A stretch of 37,848 nucleotides of DNA, taken from assembly GCF_006345805.1 (NCBI RefSeq), contig NW_021836816.1, positions 1 through 37,848 of the forward strand, given 5' to 3'. This DNA comes from Octopus sinensis (taxonomy: Eukaryota). Made by a program: the position numbers and the translations under genes. Positions 36,829 through 37,848 of the stretch are shown here, in pieces (within the stretch, counting starts at the first letter, position 1; each line of letters begins with the position of its first letter). The notes under the pieces were generated by a model. It was not told the DNA's origin. It did no database searches and worked only from the letters and a program-made list of their open reading frames with translations.

Positions 36829-37349
36829 ACTCGTTGGACTATTTATATATACCTGACCCCGTGACCGTGTAAAAGTTACTGTTGCTTTTGTTTAGCCACA
36901 CATTAATCCACATTAAACAAACTTACGATAAAGAAAAACACATAACTTGCATTACACACCTCGGAGTACATCATCCAATGTGTTCTTTTCCTCTAAGTCT
37001 GCGTGTCTGTCTGTGTGCGTTTGTCTGTGCGAGTGCGCGTGCGCATATGGGTCTGAAGAGTGTGGCGTGGTTATTTATCTCTTGATTGCAATATAATTAG
37101 GACGAACCACGGACTTGAGTTAAACAATATTGGTGGGGGGCTGAAGCTAATTAAGAAATGTAAGAGGGAGGCTTGCAGCTGGAGGCAGCCCAAAAAGGTG
37201 GGGACCAGTTTCAGGGAACAGCATGCTTGTTAAGGGTCACAAATATAGTGGAACCGACTGACAGTATATAACATGAAGAAGACTTAGCTGCTATTTCTTG
37301 CTGGTCAAACCACTACGTAGAAGAGCCTCACTTCTCGACTAGTTCGTTA

Positions 37350-37816
37350 ATATTGCTGTTGTTGTTGTTGATGATAGCAGTGGTGGTGGTGATATTAATA
37401 GTGTAGGAGTGATGGAGGTTGTGGCGGTGACTGAAGTGGTGATTTAGGTGGTAATTGTGGTGGTGTTGTTCGTGGTAATGATGTTGGTGGTGGTGGTGAT
37501 GATGGTGAGAGTGTCGTGGTAGCAGTGATGTTCTTGTTGTTGGTGGTGATGGTGATAGTGGTAGTGTAGGTGGTAATGGTGATGGTGGTGGTGATGGTGG
37601 TGGCAGTGGTGGTAGCAGTAGTGGACAGAGAATAACGGAAGTGGGTGCGATGTTAGTTACATGCCAGGGAATTACACAGGCAAAGAAGGAGGGGAAGCGA
37701 AGGGGGGAAAAGGGAAAGAGAGTGAGTGAGAAAGAGAAAGGGAATGAGCGAAAGATAATGAGGAGTGAGAGATAGATTATGTGTTTGTGTGAGAGGGAGA
37801 CAGAGGGAGAGAGTGA

Positions 37817-37848
<32 letters not shown>
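37350..37848. repeat. (GGT/GAT)n and GA-rich/(GAAA)n low-complexity tract
   Basis: Direct inspection. Confidence 0.9.

Overview
Repeat-dominated, AT-rich animal genomic DNA with no host exon that I can support. The dense microsatellites and tRNA-derived SINE families look like octopod cephalopod DNA (inference, not a database result). The window holds about 20 units of one tRNA-SINE family (A), three further tRNA-SINE families (B-D), decayed RTE, R4/Dong and L1/Tx1 LINE fragments, mariner/Tc1/pogo transposase relics, two Helitron-like elements and many microsatellite tracts. Nearly all listed ORFs are microsatellite artefacts. The most interesting signals are non-coding: four hammerhead-ribozyme-like cores (two with long stem-II inserts) in Penelope-like remnants, a Pol III tRNA-like cassette in the loop of a ~60-bp inverted repeat, a ~450-bp imperfect palindrome, and SINE multimers with single TSD pairs and a recurrent junction. 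All alignments, translations and folds were done by eye, so coordinates of diverged elements are approximate.
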